In this document: in pieces, positions 18,047 to 27,886 of the stretch | How positions within the stretch are numbered: the stretch's first letter is position 1 | Layout: every line of letters starts with the position of its first letter | DNA from: a plasmid | Sequence record: NZ_CP016173.1 | Direction: 5' to 3' (one strand) | Length of the DNA: 64,000 bases | The notes under the pieces: generated by a model | The model's database searches: none | The model's input: only the letters and a program-made list of their open reading frames with translations | What the model was told of the DNA's origin: nothing | Translations under genes and position numbers: made by a program

Positions 18047-18870
18047 TACTTCTTCTCCTTCACGACGACGAGCTTCTGGGAGGGATAGATTTCAACTTTG
18101 AAGGGACGCTTGGCGTCCTTGTAGAGCTCGAACGTGCGCGTGATGACATCGAGATATTTGCCGACCATCGTGAAGCGTTCCTCAATGGGATAGTCCAGCA
18201 GTTCGGCCTCCCAGCGGACATCCCAACCTTCGCGGTGAGACCAGTCTTGAACCGTCTGGCGTAGCGTGGTGCCTGCGTTAGCAATCCATGACGGCAAGGG
18301 TTCCGCATCGGCGGTAGGCTTCACTTCTACAACGTCGCTCTTTTGCTCCGCCGCCACTGCCTTGGTTTCCTCAGCTTTCACAGGCTCAGGTGAAGGTGCT
18401 GACGGCTTTCCGTTGGACTTCGGAGCCTCTGGTTTGCTGGTCTTGTCGGCAAGCGGCTTGTTGGTTGCGCCTGCCGCTTGGGCAGGCGCCTGCTTGATGA
18501 TTTTGGTGGCATCCTCGGCCAACAGCTTGCGCGCTTGATCGCTACTGCCGTCGGACTGAGCTGCGCCGGGCGCAGCTTGCGACATGACCGGCTGCGCCAG
18601 AAATTGTTGGAGACTGCCCGGGGCTGGTGTCGCGGCGGCAAGCGGAGGGGCAGATGGCGCGGCCACTGGCGCAGGCGCGGTAGGAGCGGCCTGATAGGGG
18701 GCAATGGGTGCGGCAGGCGGGTAAAGGGCGGGGGCAGCGACCGGAGCGACTGGGGTGTATGGAATAGGCGCTGCCATGGGTTCCGGCTCGATCACCAGGC
18801 CCGCGTGCGCTTGGGTGATCACGGCCAGAATCGACAGCAGAAAGTAGGGTTTTCTCATAACCAGTTGCAT
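18046..18870 (-). CDS. PilL/TcpQ-like pilus biogenesis protein with a Pro/Ala-rich linker
   Basis: Signal peptide, long Pro/Ala-rich low-complexity region, conserved C-terminal domain 'WSHREGWDVRWE ... KVEIYPSQKLVVV'. First gene of the pil block. Confidence 0.45.
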   Translation of the reverse strand: MQLVMRKPYFLLSILAVITQAHAGLVIEPEPMAAPIPYTPVAPVAAPALYPPAAPIAPYQAAPTAPAPVAAPSAPPLAAATPAPGSLQQFLAQPVMSQAAPGAAQSDGSSDQARKLLAEDATKIIKQAPAQAAGATNKPLADKTSKPEAPKSNGKPSAPSPEPVKAEETKAVAAEQKSDVVEVKPTADAEPLPSWIANAGTTLRQTVQDWSHREGWDVRWEAELLDYPIEERFTMVGKYLDVITRTFELYKDAKRPFKVEIYPSQKLVVVKEKK

Positions 18871-18943
18871 GCTCGGGTTGAGAGCCCCATCCGGGGCGGG
18901 TAATCAAAACGCGCCCAGGGGTTGCCCCCTGGGCCAGTGCCCG

Positions 18944-19411
18944 CTAGAACGGGATGTCGTCATCCAGATCCGAGGGGATGCTCGCGGCAGCAGCAGCGGC
19001 ATTGGCGCCCGCCAAATCCGGGCCAGGCGCGGCGCCCGTGCTGTCCTTCGGACGGCGTAACAAGCGAACTTCGGTCACGACCGGCTGAATGCGGCTTTCG
19101 CGCTTCGGGGTGCCATCTTCATTGACACGATCGCGGGATTCCCAGACCTGCTTGCGCAGATAGCCACGCACATGGATTTCCGAGCTCTTCTTGACGTATT
19201 GCTCGAAAACGCCAGCCAGCCCTTCCCGGTAGACGGTCAAGTCAATCCAGTCGGTGTGCTCGACCAGTTCCTTGGTGTCAGGCTTCTTGTACGAACCGTC
19301 CACGCCGAGAGAGACGAGGACGATCGGCTTGCCAGTGTTCGAGTTGTAGCGAATTTCCGGATCGGCCCCGACGAAGCCCGTCAGGTCGAACATATTGTTG
19401 ATGCGACTCAT
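18944..19411 (-). CDS. ssb: Single-stranded DNA-binding protein
   Basis: OB-fold N-terminus 'MSRINNMFDLTGFVGADPEIRY', a Gly/Ala-rich linker and the acidic tail 'DLDDDIPF'. Start taken at the internal Met (156 aa). Confidence 0.9.
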   Translation of the reverse strand: MSRINNMFDLTGFVGADPEIRYNSNTGKPIVLVSLGVDGSYKKPDTKELVEHTDWIDLTVYREGLAGVFEQYVKKSSEIHVRGYLRKQVWESRDRVNEDGTPKRESRIQPVVTEVRLLRRPKDSTGAAPGPDLAGANAAAAAASIPSDLDDDIPF

Positions 19412-20022
19412 TGCTGGTCCCCTAAAGGGTGAGGTTGGTAGATAGATACCTGCGGGTATCTGTATTGCAGCCACCGGCCCCACTGTGCGGAGAACCGGAT
19501 CAATTTCTGCCGATAGGCAGCATTGAATTTGGGGGTTGCAGAGTGATAGTTCGCTGCCCACACCCAGAAGTCGGCGCCCCGCTGCTCGCGCAGACACCTT
19601 GCAAGCAACCAGGCCGCGACTTCGGCGTTGTAGCAACCGCGACTTGCCACGTCCTCAGGACGAATTCCCGCGTTGGCGAGAAGCCCGCCTGGTCTGAAAT
19701 GAACGGTGTTGATCCCGAAGTGGCCCAAGTCAAGTGACTTGTTCGAGTTCCCTATTCGGTCGCCATTGGCTCCCATCTCGATGCTGGCAATTCCCAGCAA
19801 TACATTTGCTGGGACGTTCTGGCGCTGCGCAGCAGCGATAACGCACTCGATGGTGGCCGGGCGATACCCGTAATCGGAAATTTGAGCGTACGATCGATTT
19901 TTTGTATTTTGGATGCCGTCCTGCGGCGCACCGTCCGAAGGGGTGGCATGCGTGTAACCGCAAGCCAGGGCCAGGAGCGCTGCGACGGCAGTAGGGCCAA
20001 CGGACATCCTCATCGGAACCAC
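19408..20022 (-). CDS. Lytic transglycosylase (SLT domain; R64 PilT-like)
   Basis: Signal peptide. 'NVLLGIASIEMG ... GHFGIN' is an SLT-like catalytic Glu region. Overlaps the ssb start by 4 bp. Confidence 0.75.
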   Translation of the reverse strand: MVPMRMSVGPTAVAALLALACGYTHATPSDGAPQDGIQNTKNRSYAQISDYGYRPATIECVIAAAQRQNVPANVLLGIASIEMGANGDRIGNSNKSLDLGHFGINTVHFRPGGLLANAGIRPEDVASRGCYNAEVAAWLLARCLREQRGADFWVWAANYHSATPKFNAAYRQKLIRFSAQWGRWLQYRYPQVSIYQPHPLGDQQ

Positions 20023-20636
20023 CGCTCATTTCGGAGAAAGCGCAGGAACGCACCCTCAACAAAGAGGGTGCCAGTCTCGACCTGCCAGGCTCGATAGCTG
20101 GCCTTGAGTGCCACCGCGCCGCACGCCAGGCCCAAGGACGCTAAGTTCGCTGCGTAGACTAAGCTCGCGCCGGTCGCCAAGCGATAGAGAAATCCACCAA
20201 ACGCCGCGACGCTCAGGACAAAAAAGATGCGTGAGTGGATCGCATACTGGCGCACGCGCTTTTGTCGCGCGGAAAACTCCAGATCACCCAGCGCCTCGAC
20301 AGCTTCCTGATTGCGCATAGAGCGCACCGTGTCTCTTACTGCCTGCTTGTCCGCGACCTCAAGAAGTAAAAAATCGCAGTGGGTACACGCCCAGGGATAA
20401 CGCACGTCGGAAACGTCCGCAGCGGAGTCGCGCTCATGGCTATGGCGGATCAGTACGCCGTGTTTGCACTGTGGGCACGTGACATTCCTCAGGGAGGCCC
20501 ACAAGTCCCGAATGAGCCGGTTGCCCAAGCGCAACTGCGACAGGCCAAGCACGCCAAGGGGCATGTCCACGAAGACGAATTTCGCCGCTTTTCTCGGTCT
20601 ATGCAAAATGCCCACGCGAACACCATCGCCCATCAA
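20010..20636 (-). CDS. Membrane-anchored zinc-ribbon protein (hypothetical)
   Basis: 'CPQCKHG ... CTHCDF' Cys4 motif followed by two C-terminal TM helices. Confidence 0.4.
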   Translation of the reverse strand: MMGDGVRVGILHRPRKAAKFVFVDMPLGVLGLSQLRLGNRLIRDLWASLRNVTCPQCKHGVLIRHSHERDSAADVSDVRYPWACTHCDFLLLEVADKQAVRDTVRSMRNQEAVEALGDLEFSARQKRVRQYAIHSRIFFVLSVAAFGGFLYRLATGASLVYAANLASLGLACGAVALKASYRAWQVETGTLFVEGAFLRFLRNERWFR

Positions 20637-20703
20637 AAAAGATAAATCTGATTATCTGTCAAAAATAGGTGATGGTCAATTTCTGAGTGGAGAAGAAATA
20701 ACC

Positions 20704-23406
20704 CTACTTAAAGTCGCTTTTCACGATGCGTTGGGCTTGGGATGCTAGGTCGTCCAGATTCAACTGCGCCTGGTCAATCGTCACGGGACTGGGCTCTGGG
20801 GGATGGATATAGGTCGTCTGCTCAGAGATCGCGGTCTGGGCTGCGGATATGCGGTCTTCAGCCGCCCAGCGCTCTTCCAGGCTGTCGAATGCCTCACCGC
20901 GCGCGACAACCTCCATCTCCAGCATCGCGTCGCGGTCGGCCACCGAGAGCGGGTCTTCCATCCAGTCAGAATCCTCGGCGATATCGAGCTCCATCAGATG
21001 TCGCCTGAGGATGGGTAGGGCACGTTCCCGGAACGATCTATGGTCCTGACCGGTCAGCATCAGGTTCGTTGTTACAAGCGCACCGTCAATGCTTATTTCG
21101 TCTTCATCAGAGGCTTGGCCAAGCGCCTGTGCGCCTGAGTAGGCGGCTGCCTGTTCATCATCGCCTGTGTTTACGTCGGCGATATCGTCTATGGCACCAC
21201 TTGGCTGGGTAGCGACGCTCATGAGGGCGCGCGTCACTGCGCTGACAATTGCAGCGGTGGGTTCGGGCGTAGTGGACTCCGTGGGCGGCGTGTTGCCGTT
21301 CGACGGTGGAACTGTTGTAGGTGCCACAAGGGCGTTTTTGAGCCCCCCTGCGGTGGAACCCGACTTGGTATCAGGCGTGCCCTGCTCTGCCGCAGCGCTG
21401 CCGTCCAAGAAAATGCCGAGGGCGGCGCATATGGCGTCGCGGCGGCTCAGCTTGGGCTGGTCGCTATCATAGTTATGGGCCAACGCGGAAGCGAGCGATG
21501 TGAGCACGTGGTCCGCCTTGATGCAGCTTCGGACGCTGGCCACGAATGATCCTTCTACCAAGGACCGAATCACCATGGCCTGGTTTGCGCGGGCCATAGG
21601 AAGCTCCGAAGGCTCCGGCGGCTCGATGGGGATGAAATCGTTGATCCGCATCTCGCGCGGATTGTCGCTGGCCGTATAGAAGCCCATCCCCCGAATTACC
21701 CGGACTCCGCCGCGCTTGCCACCATCTTCCTTCTTGCCGATGAGAAACGTGAACTCGCCGTTCTCCTGTTGCGCCAGGTCGTCATAGTCCAGACGGCCCC
21801 TGCGCTCCACTGTCACGTTGTCCTGCTGCTGGAATCGCTCGGCGAGCCCGTCAGTCTTGCGCTCATAGGACGAGACCCTTGCTTCATCCGATTCGCCAGC
21901 TGCGCCCACAATGCGGTCCCAAGTTTCGGACTTCAGCCCCGAGGTAAGCCTGCCGACTGCTCGGATGTTCGTGTTCTCCCACGTCGCGTCCGCCTCTTCA
22001 GCTGATGACTTCTTCAACGACGAGAAGTCCTGTGCAGCGAACACAACGGCGAATCCAAGGGAGCGCGCTTGCGCCGGAGCAACGGCAAACCCAATAACTG
22101 CGTAGTAGCCGTATTCGTCCAGGATGCAGTAGAAGGGCACTGGCGCATTTGTTGGCCTGCTGTCAATGATCTCGCGGACCTGGCCTTCAACACGGTTGCC
22201 CAAGCAGCCTGCCATCATCTGCTTGATAGACCCGACAATCAGCTTTCCGAGCATTCGCATGGAGTCAGGCGCACGCTCCAGTGCAGGCAAAAGGGCACCA
22301 AGCAGTCGGCGATTGACCACAACATCGAAGAAGTCAACATCCCCCCTCTTCGTCTTGAAAATGTGCCCGTAGTTGAAGGTCAAGTCGTTGAAGGTGCGGG
22401 TCAACTGCATGACTATGAACCCATGTTGCTCCAGCGTCTTGGTTTCCTGCTTTTTGGCCTTTGCTTTTTGATAGCCCGGGAGCGTCAGAAGATACGAGCG
22501 CAGAGGTGCCACGATGGTGTCAAAGAGCTCACCGTATTTGCCGCCATGCTCCCACACCAGCTCTTCGATAACGTTCAACTCGAAGTAGCTCAGGTACTCT
22601 TCCGGCGAGAGATTGATGAAGCCCTTGTCGCGCATGTAGACAAGCGGCCGCGTGAGCGCCGCAACGAAGCTAATCGCGCGCCCCTTCCACATATCACCGC
22701 CACCACCGGAATCATCCAGAAGCGCAACAATCAGTTCGATCAACATGCCTGATGAGTTGTTGCCCATCATGTTCATGTTGTTCGTGACCTTATCGGCCTG
22801 CTTTTCTACGAAGTCGCGCCCTGACGTGATGAAGTTGATGAGCAGGATGTCGCATTCACGCGCGAAGAACCGTGCGAGCCTGAAGATCTCTTTTTGCAGC
22901 TTGGGATCGCCCTTCCCATCCGTGTAGATAAAGCCAGTGTTTTGCACCAGCGCATTGGCAACTAGGCCGAGCAAGAACTCGGTCTTTCCGGAACCTGTAG
23001 TGCCCAACACGAGCATATGGGTACGTAAGTCCGAATTGTTTGCGTACACCTGTTCCTTTGTTTCGAGATCACGCCCAATATATGTGATACCGGCCCCAAG
23101 TTGTCCTCCCGGAGTCGATCCATCCCGTAGCTTCGCCAGCACTGGAACACGGTACGGAAAATTGAAGAGCTGGTGGTCTAGCCGCACGTATTTGCGCTTG
23201 TATGCCCAGGCCGCGAGCAGTAGCAGCTCACCCGATAACGGGATGGCAATGAGGCCAACAGCAAGTATGACGAGCACGATAAGCCCGAGTATCACGCCCT
23301 CTCCTGTGCGAAGTCCATCGGACACGCGGCGTGAGAACGGCCGCGTGTCCTTGCGGCGGCGCGAAGTCGAAATCTCGTGCTGGCGAGAAGATCCTTTGTA
23401 CTGCAC
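20704..23406 (-). CDS. Type IV coupling protein (DotL/IcmO/TrbC-like T4CP)
   Basis: Two N-terminal TM helices, Walker A 'VLGTTGSGKTE', a large ATPase domain and an acidic, Pro-rich C-terminal tail. 900 aa. Confidence 0.7.
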   Translation of the reverse strand: MQYKGSSRQHEISTSRRRKDTRPFSRRVSDGLRTGEGVILGLIVLVILAVGLIAIPLSGELLLLAAWAYKRKYVRLDHQLFNFPYRVPVLAKLRDGSTPGGQLGAGITYIGRDLETKEQVYANNSDLRTHMLVLGTTGSGKTEFLLGLVANALVQNTGFIYTDGKGDPKLQKEIFRLARFFARECDILLINFITSGRDFVEKQADKVTNNMNMMGNNSSGMLIELIVALLDDSGGGGDMWKGRAISFVAALTRPLVYMRDKGFINLSPEEYLSYFELNVIEELVWEHGGKYGELFDTIVAPLRSYLLTLPGYQKAKAKKQETKTLEQHGFIVMQLTRTFNDLTFNYGHIFKTKRGDVDFFDVVVNRRLLGALLPALERAPDSMRMLGKLIVGSIKQMMAGCLGNRVEGQVREIIDSRPTNAPVPFYCILDEYGYYAVIGFAVAPAQARSLGFAVVFAAQDFSSLKKSSAEEADATWENTNIRAVGRLTSGLKSETWDRIVGAAGESDEARVSSYERKTDGLAERFQQQDNVTVERRGRLDYDDLAQQENGEFTFLIGKKEDGGKRGGVRVIRGMGFYTASDNPREMRINDFIPIEPPEPSELPMARANQAMVIRSLVEGSFVASVRSCIKADHVLTSLASALAHNYDSDQPKLSRRDAICAALGIFLDGSAAAEQGTPDTKSGSTAGGLKNALVAPTTVPPSNGNTPPTESTTPEPTAAIVSAVTRALMSVATQPSGAIDDIADVNTGDDEQAAAYSGAQALGQASDEDEISIDGALVTTNLMLTGQDHRSFRERALPILRRHLMELDIAEDSDWMEDPLSVADRDAMLEMEVVARGEAFDSLEERWAAEDRISAAQTAISEQTTYIHPPEPSPVTIDQAQLNLDDLASQAQRIVKSDFK

Positions 23407-23443
23407 CGATAAGCCCTCCCCTACCCTTTGCTGTCCGGCGCCA

Positions 23444-26400
23444 CTAGGCCGTTGCTTCCAATTCAGTCAACTCAGCACCGCCCAAGCGATACTCTGCGAT
23501 CAACTCATTACCGATCCGCTGCACGATGGCCTTGATCACCTCGTCGTCGACGAATTCAGCCTCAACGTTAGGAGCGGCCTCGCTGCGCATTCTGTCCACT
23601 GCGCCCTTGCATGACCCGCCCGGAAAGCGCCTGGCAAGCAGGCGCCGCGCAACCATGCGTGGCATCGCTTCATAGAGAATGTCTCGCAACTGCCGGTCCT
23701 CGGCTGTCGTGGAAAGTGCCCATAGGCGCTGTGGCCCGATGTTCAAGGTGAATAGCTGGCTGTACGTCTGCGTCTTGGTGACAAACCGCGCAAGATAGGT
23801 GGCGCCTGCACTACTAGGACCGTGAACGAATTGATTCAATGCGGCCTCTTCCACGTTGGAAAGCCCGATGTGCTCCCGAAGCCACCTACGTGTGCTCTCT
23901 GTTCCAGCATCCAGCAGGAAGATCGCCGTAGCGATGTTCATGATTGAGCCGAAATCCTCGGGCAGTTGACTGCCCAGGATGATCTCCATCTTCCACTTTC
24001 TTGCCTCACGGCCATCTTGGAGAAGCTGCTCCTCAAGCCCTTTTTGGCCCCCAGCCCGGTGAAGCTCGTCCATGCACATGATCTTGTCTTGCGCAACCAG
24101 GTCGGCAATCATGCGGGCGAAATAGGGCTTGGTGCGATCGCTGAAGTAAGGCAGGTCTTCTTTCGAGTACGCGAGTTTCTTCATGAAGGATTCGCGCGCG
24201 GCCATGAACATCAACGCAGTTTGCTTTTGTGCAGCGGCCGACCCTTTTGAGGTTACGTCCTGCAGATCCAAGGCGGAGACCCTTGCGGAGCCAATGTCGA
24301 ACTGGGTCGGCCCGGAGAAGATGGGAAAGTCCGCGACTGTTTCACGGATTCCAACGATGAACGCTTTCAACAGGCTCCCGCCAGTGTCGGTTGTCTGCTC
24401 ACCGTACTCGTTTTGCACATTCTCGCTGGATGCCACAGCCATCAGATCATTGAGCGTCGGGACGGCATAGCGTTGGGCCACCTCAGCCTCATAGAACATT
24501 TCCGCGTCAAAGAATGCATCAACGAGCTCCCAATAGCTCGTAGCGGGGCGTGTGCGATAGCCCAGCTTCGCTACCGCGCTGTCAACTGTCGCAGACTGGC
24601 CTGGTTTGTATGTCGAAGGTGTGCCACGCTCCGAGTCGTCCGAGCGGTACTCGTAGGCGAGGTCGATCATTCGCCCAACAAAGCTGCTCATGCCGGTATA
24701 GGGTGCGCCATTACGCTCCGAAGGCGTCACGAGCATGGTGATGAAGTTGCGGGCGTATTCCCGCCCACGGGGCAATGCACGACGCTGGCCCAGCGGCGTG
24801 TCGAGGGGGTTCATGCCGTCTTTCGCGGTGTTCTGCAGGCGCTTATAGAGCGCCTGGTGCTTCAGCTCTGGGGGCAACCCGTCCCGCAGCAGATCAACGA
24901 AACCGGACGATGAAATACCAATGTCGATGATCCCTATGTAGGGGAGTTGCGTGGCGCCGGGGAGCAAACAAGCCTCGACATGACTGTTGTTCATGAGCAC
25001 AGACTTGCCCGATCCAGGCTTGCCTACGACGGCCTTGATCCACGTCGTCTGCTCATCGGAAAACCGTTCTTCACGCAAGATCTTGCCATCGAGCGTCCGA
25101 TGGATCGCGGAGCCCCGGGTGAAGCAGGACGTGGGCCGCGAAAGAGGCAAGATGGAGATAACCTCCTCCAGAGGAGCAGGACAAGGTGTCCCGATATGCA
25201 CAGGGGTAAGGCCTAACGCGCTGCTCTGCAAGGCTTTCATCGGGTTGCCGGTGCGTTCAGATGCATCGAGCTGTCCCCAACCAGAAAGCGTGCGCCACAG
25301 TTTCGCTTTGCGAAGGGCAAGTTCCTTAATGCCCTCATCCGTATGCCGGGCCCATGTCATGGCCGAGATCCGTAGCTTTGTCGTGGCGATCCCGTCGCGC
25401 TTCTGCTCCTGCAAGGCCTTTAGGCTCATCGTGATGTCGCGGTTCTGTTCGCTCGTGAAGCCGAGCAAATTTCCGAAAACAGACTGAATAAGCGTCGTGA
25501 GGCCAGACAAGCCATCCGATTCCAGCATGAAGGAGATGACGTAAGGCAATGCTCTCCGCTGCCCCCCTTCCCGAGTTTCCGCGCGGTTCAAAGCATCGAA
25601 CAGGCTATTGAAATACTGCGGATCTCGCGGCGGAATAGTAACCATGAGCGGAGCGTATACCCGTGAGCCAATCCGAACTGTCGTGGGGTCCGGAAGCCTT
25701 TCATTTTTTCGGTCCCCGCCCTGGCCTAGGGCCACCATAATTTGGGAAGGCAAAGGTGGGTAGAGAAGGCCGGACGCGTCATGCTCCACGCTGTCTTCCT
25801 TCCAGCGAAGCGGGATCTTTGTGCCCGGAATAGCTGGGCGCCAGGCTTTCGACGTGTATTCGGAATATACGGAAGCACGGACTTCTCGTATTGCTTCGCC
25901 GACAGGCAGAACGTCAGCAGCACACCCCATTTTGGACGAATTCAAATCGCCCACGATCTTGCTGACGAATGAAACATGGCGGTCCCGTAGGTACGATATA
26001 GGACGCAGGAGGTTCTGTGCTTCAGATGCCGAAGGCCAATGATGTTCCTTGCGGAAGCGATTGGATGCGTCCGATGCCATTCGTTGTTCAACTGGGTCCA
26101 GCAGTGCAGGCCGCGACCAGAACACCAAGAAGCATTCTTCGTCGTACACGTATTTGGCATACGTTCTTACCGACTCGTCAATCAAGTCGTCTATTGACAA
26201 GCCGACGCGAGCTGCCGTTGCCCTTTGCTGAGCTGCATTCTCTTCAAGCGTTGACGTGGCGTCCAGATCGCGGCGGAACACCACCTGAATGGCGTGCCCA
26301 CGCTGCTTGAAGTAGGGGGCAAGGGAGCTGGTCAGCATGGAAACCATATCCTCAAATGCATCTCGGCCAACGATGTTCTTCGCGCCGTGGAAGCGCACGA

Positions 26401-26533
26401 TTGACGCCATCGAGCCGTCTTGGGCGACGAGCGCCGTCTCGTTGTCAACGGTTTCCAAGTCGCAGTAATCAGAGACATCTGTCTTCAGTGCCGAGAGCAA
26501 TTGCAACAGCAGCAGTTCAAGTTTCCCGCTCAT
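23444..26533 (-). CDS. VirB4-family T4SS ATPase of Dot/Icm type (IcmB/DotO/TraU-like)
   Basis: 1029 aa, about the size of DotO. Walker A 'VVGKPGSGKSVLMN' in the C-terminal half. Follows the icmJ-position gene as in the Legionella icmJ-icmB arrangement. Confidence 0.7.
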   Translation of the reverse strand: MSGKLELLLLQLLSALKTDVSDYCDLETVDNETALVAQDGSMASIVRFHGAKNIVGRDAFEDMVSMLTSSLAPYFKQRGHAIQVVFRRDLDATSTLEENAAQQRATAARVGLSIDDLIDESVRTYAKYVYDEECFLVFWSRPALLDPVEQRMASDASNRFRKEHHWPSASEAQNLLRPISYLRDRHVSFVSKIVGDLNSSKMGCAADVLPVGEAIREVRASVYSEYTSKAWRPAIPGTKIPLRWKEDSVEHDASGLLYPPLPSQIMVALGQGGDRKNERLPDPTTVRIGSRVYAPLMVTIPPRDPQYFNSLFDALNRAETREGGQRRALPYVISFMLESDGLSGLTTLIQSVFGNLLGFTSEQNRDITMSLKALQEQKRDGIATTKLRISAMTWARHTDEGIKELALRKAKLWRTLSGWGQLDASERTGNPMKALQSSALGLTPVHIGTPCPAPLEEVISILPLSRPTSCFTRGSAIHRTLDGKILREERFSDEQTTWIKAVVGKPGSGKSVLMNNSHVEACLLPGATQLPYIGIIDIGISSSGFVDLLRDGLPPELKHQALYKRLQNTAKDGMNPLDTPLGQRRALPRGREYARNFITMLVTPSERNGAPYTGMSSFVGRMIDLAYEYRSDDSERGTPSTYKPGQSATVDSAVAKLGYRTRPATSYWELVDAFFDAEMFYEAEVAQRYAVPTLNDLMAVASSENVQNEYGEQTTDTGGSLLKAFIVGIRETVADFPIFSGPTQFDIGSARVSALDLQDVTSKGSAAAQKQTALMFMAARESFMKKLAYSKEDLPYFSDRTKPYFARMIADLVAQDKIMCMDELHRAGGQKGLEEQLLQDGREARKWKMEIILGSQLPEDFGSIMNIATAIFLLDAGTESTRRWLREHIGLSNVEEAALNQFVHGPSSAGATYLARFVTKTQTYSQLFTLNIGPQRLWALSTTAEDRQLRDILYEAMPRMVARRLLARRFPGGSCKGAVDRMRSEAAPNVEAEFVDDEVIKAIVQRIGNELIAEYRLGGAELTELEATA

Positions 26534-26702
26534 TCTTCGTCACCTCTTCAATTGCTTTTTGCACGAAACTGCGTATCACGTCGTCGTGTGTTGGCCCCAT
26601 GTCCTTGCGCAGAATCAAGGCATCGAGTTCCAGGAGTCGTTTGTAGCTGCACTTAGATCGCAAGAAGCCTTCAATTGCGGCAAGGCTGTCGGCATTACTC
26701 AT
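26517..26702 (-). CDS. Small hypothetical protein (61 aa)
   Basis: Overlaps both neighbours in operon fashion (4 bp and 17 bp). No recognisable motif. Confidence 0.3.
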   Translation of the reverse strand: MSNADSLAAIEGFLRSKCSYKRLLELDALILRKDMGPTHDDVIRSFVQKAIEEVTKNERET

Positions 26703-27886
26703 GCTCGTGCTCCCTCTACGCGAGCTTCGGAGAATTTCGACGCGGGTGGCATGAGCGCCAGGTCAGTCGCGATATCGAGCGTGCGCCTCAATCCGCCTTC
26801 CGGGTATCTGGCGACGACGTTTCCGACTCCGTAGCTCATCACGACGACGCCGCGAGCGTGCAGGCGCTGCGCATAGTCGAACATCGTCATCCGGTCACAA
26901 GAACGGAGCCAAGCGGCCGCTGCTGTATAGCGTGTCGTGTCCTTGTATCGTTGACGGCTTACCATGGCCGTCCAGACTTGTTCGGCGACGAGCCCCAGCG
27001 TGTAAGACAGCTGCGCCATCGACCCGGAGGGCAGCATTGCTGCTTGAGGCAACACCTGAGCCTCTTTAGAGCAGATAAGAGCGGCATGCACGTTCACATT
27101 GGCGAACTCGCGAACGATGCGCCATTCGAGATCGGTCAACCATTCGCGCACCTGTCTCGATCCACTGCCCCATGACAGCACCTCAGCCATCAGTGGGTTG
27201 ACGTTGGATATTGTGCATCGGACCAGAAAGGGCGTTTTGATGGACTCTAACCACTGGTCTGAACCTGAACCGACGGATCTCTCTAGTTCCCAACCTGCGT
27301 CCGGAGGGACCGGCGTGGCGAGAACGTGTGCGGCATGAGCAAGGCGGTTGCGCCGTAGGGTGACTGTTGGCGACGACGCACTGTAGTTTGCGGTCTGTAT
27401 GACACTTACCGATGGATGGTCGGCAATGCCTTCAAAGAAGGGATAGTAGGCATCTGGCAAGGCGCTTGCAGGGGCGTTTATCGCGGTGGCAAAGTCATCA
27501 TTGAGGCGTGCGGACTTCACTCTGACCTTGTAGTCGTTGGTCGCCACGTCCGCTACGCGTTGCGCTACGGTTGCCATCGCGGACACCGTGATATCGGGCG
27601 AGACATCACTTCCGTGGACGCCCAGCTCGGTGGTGATCTGGCCAAAAAGCGTGCGCAACCACCCATCGCTTCTGAAATTCGGATGCCTCGACAAACCTGC
27701 CTTGAAGAAATTGTTCCAGGTCAAATTTGTCAGCCAGAGTACATCGCTTGCAAGGTCGTGCACGGACTGCACACGCCTTGCCGGTTCTCCGCCGACGGAC
27801 GCCCAGGCGTCCGATAATGCCACCACTGTTCTGTCATTGGCGACAATGTTGCCGGACTCATCAAAGTAGACGGCGCCCACACGCAT
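26699..27886 (-). CDS. Uncharacterised soluble 395-aa protein inserted between the icmJ-like and icmB-like genes
   Basis: Long ORF in operon context with start/stop overlaps on both sides, no TM segments and no recognisable motifs. Confidence 0.5.
   Translation of the reverse strand: MRVGAVYFDESGNIVANDRTVVALSDAWASVGGEPARRVQSVHDLASDVLWLTNLTWNNFFKAGLSRHPNFRSDGWLRTLFGQITTELGVHGSDVSPDITVSAMATVAQRVADVATNDYKVRVKSARLNDDFATAINAPASALPDAYYPFFEGIADHPSVSVIQTANYSASSPTVTLRRNRLAHAAHVLATPVPPDAGWELERSVGSGSDQWLESIKTPFLVRCTISNVNPLMAEVLSWGSGSRQVREWLTDLEWRIVREFANVNVHAALICSKEAQVLPQAAMLPSGSMAQLSYTLGLVAEQVWTAMVSRQRYKDTTRYTAAAAWLRSCDRMTMFDYAQRLHARGVVVMSYGVGNVVARYPEGGLRRTLDIATDLALMPPASKFSEARVEGARA

Noticed and set aside
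23444-26533. Alternative reading of the 1029-aa ATPase and 900-aa coupling protein as MPF_G (ICEHin1056/PAPI-1-type) TraC/TraD
   Set aside because: The PAPI-1-like pil cluster initially suggested this. The surrounding gene order (VirB8/9/10-like, bitopic, polytopic, small TM, Cys-rich, ATPase; dotDCB trio; trbA plus DsbC-like trbB; DotA-like) fits the Dot/Icm / IncI arrangement far better. Kept as the stated refutation test.
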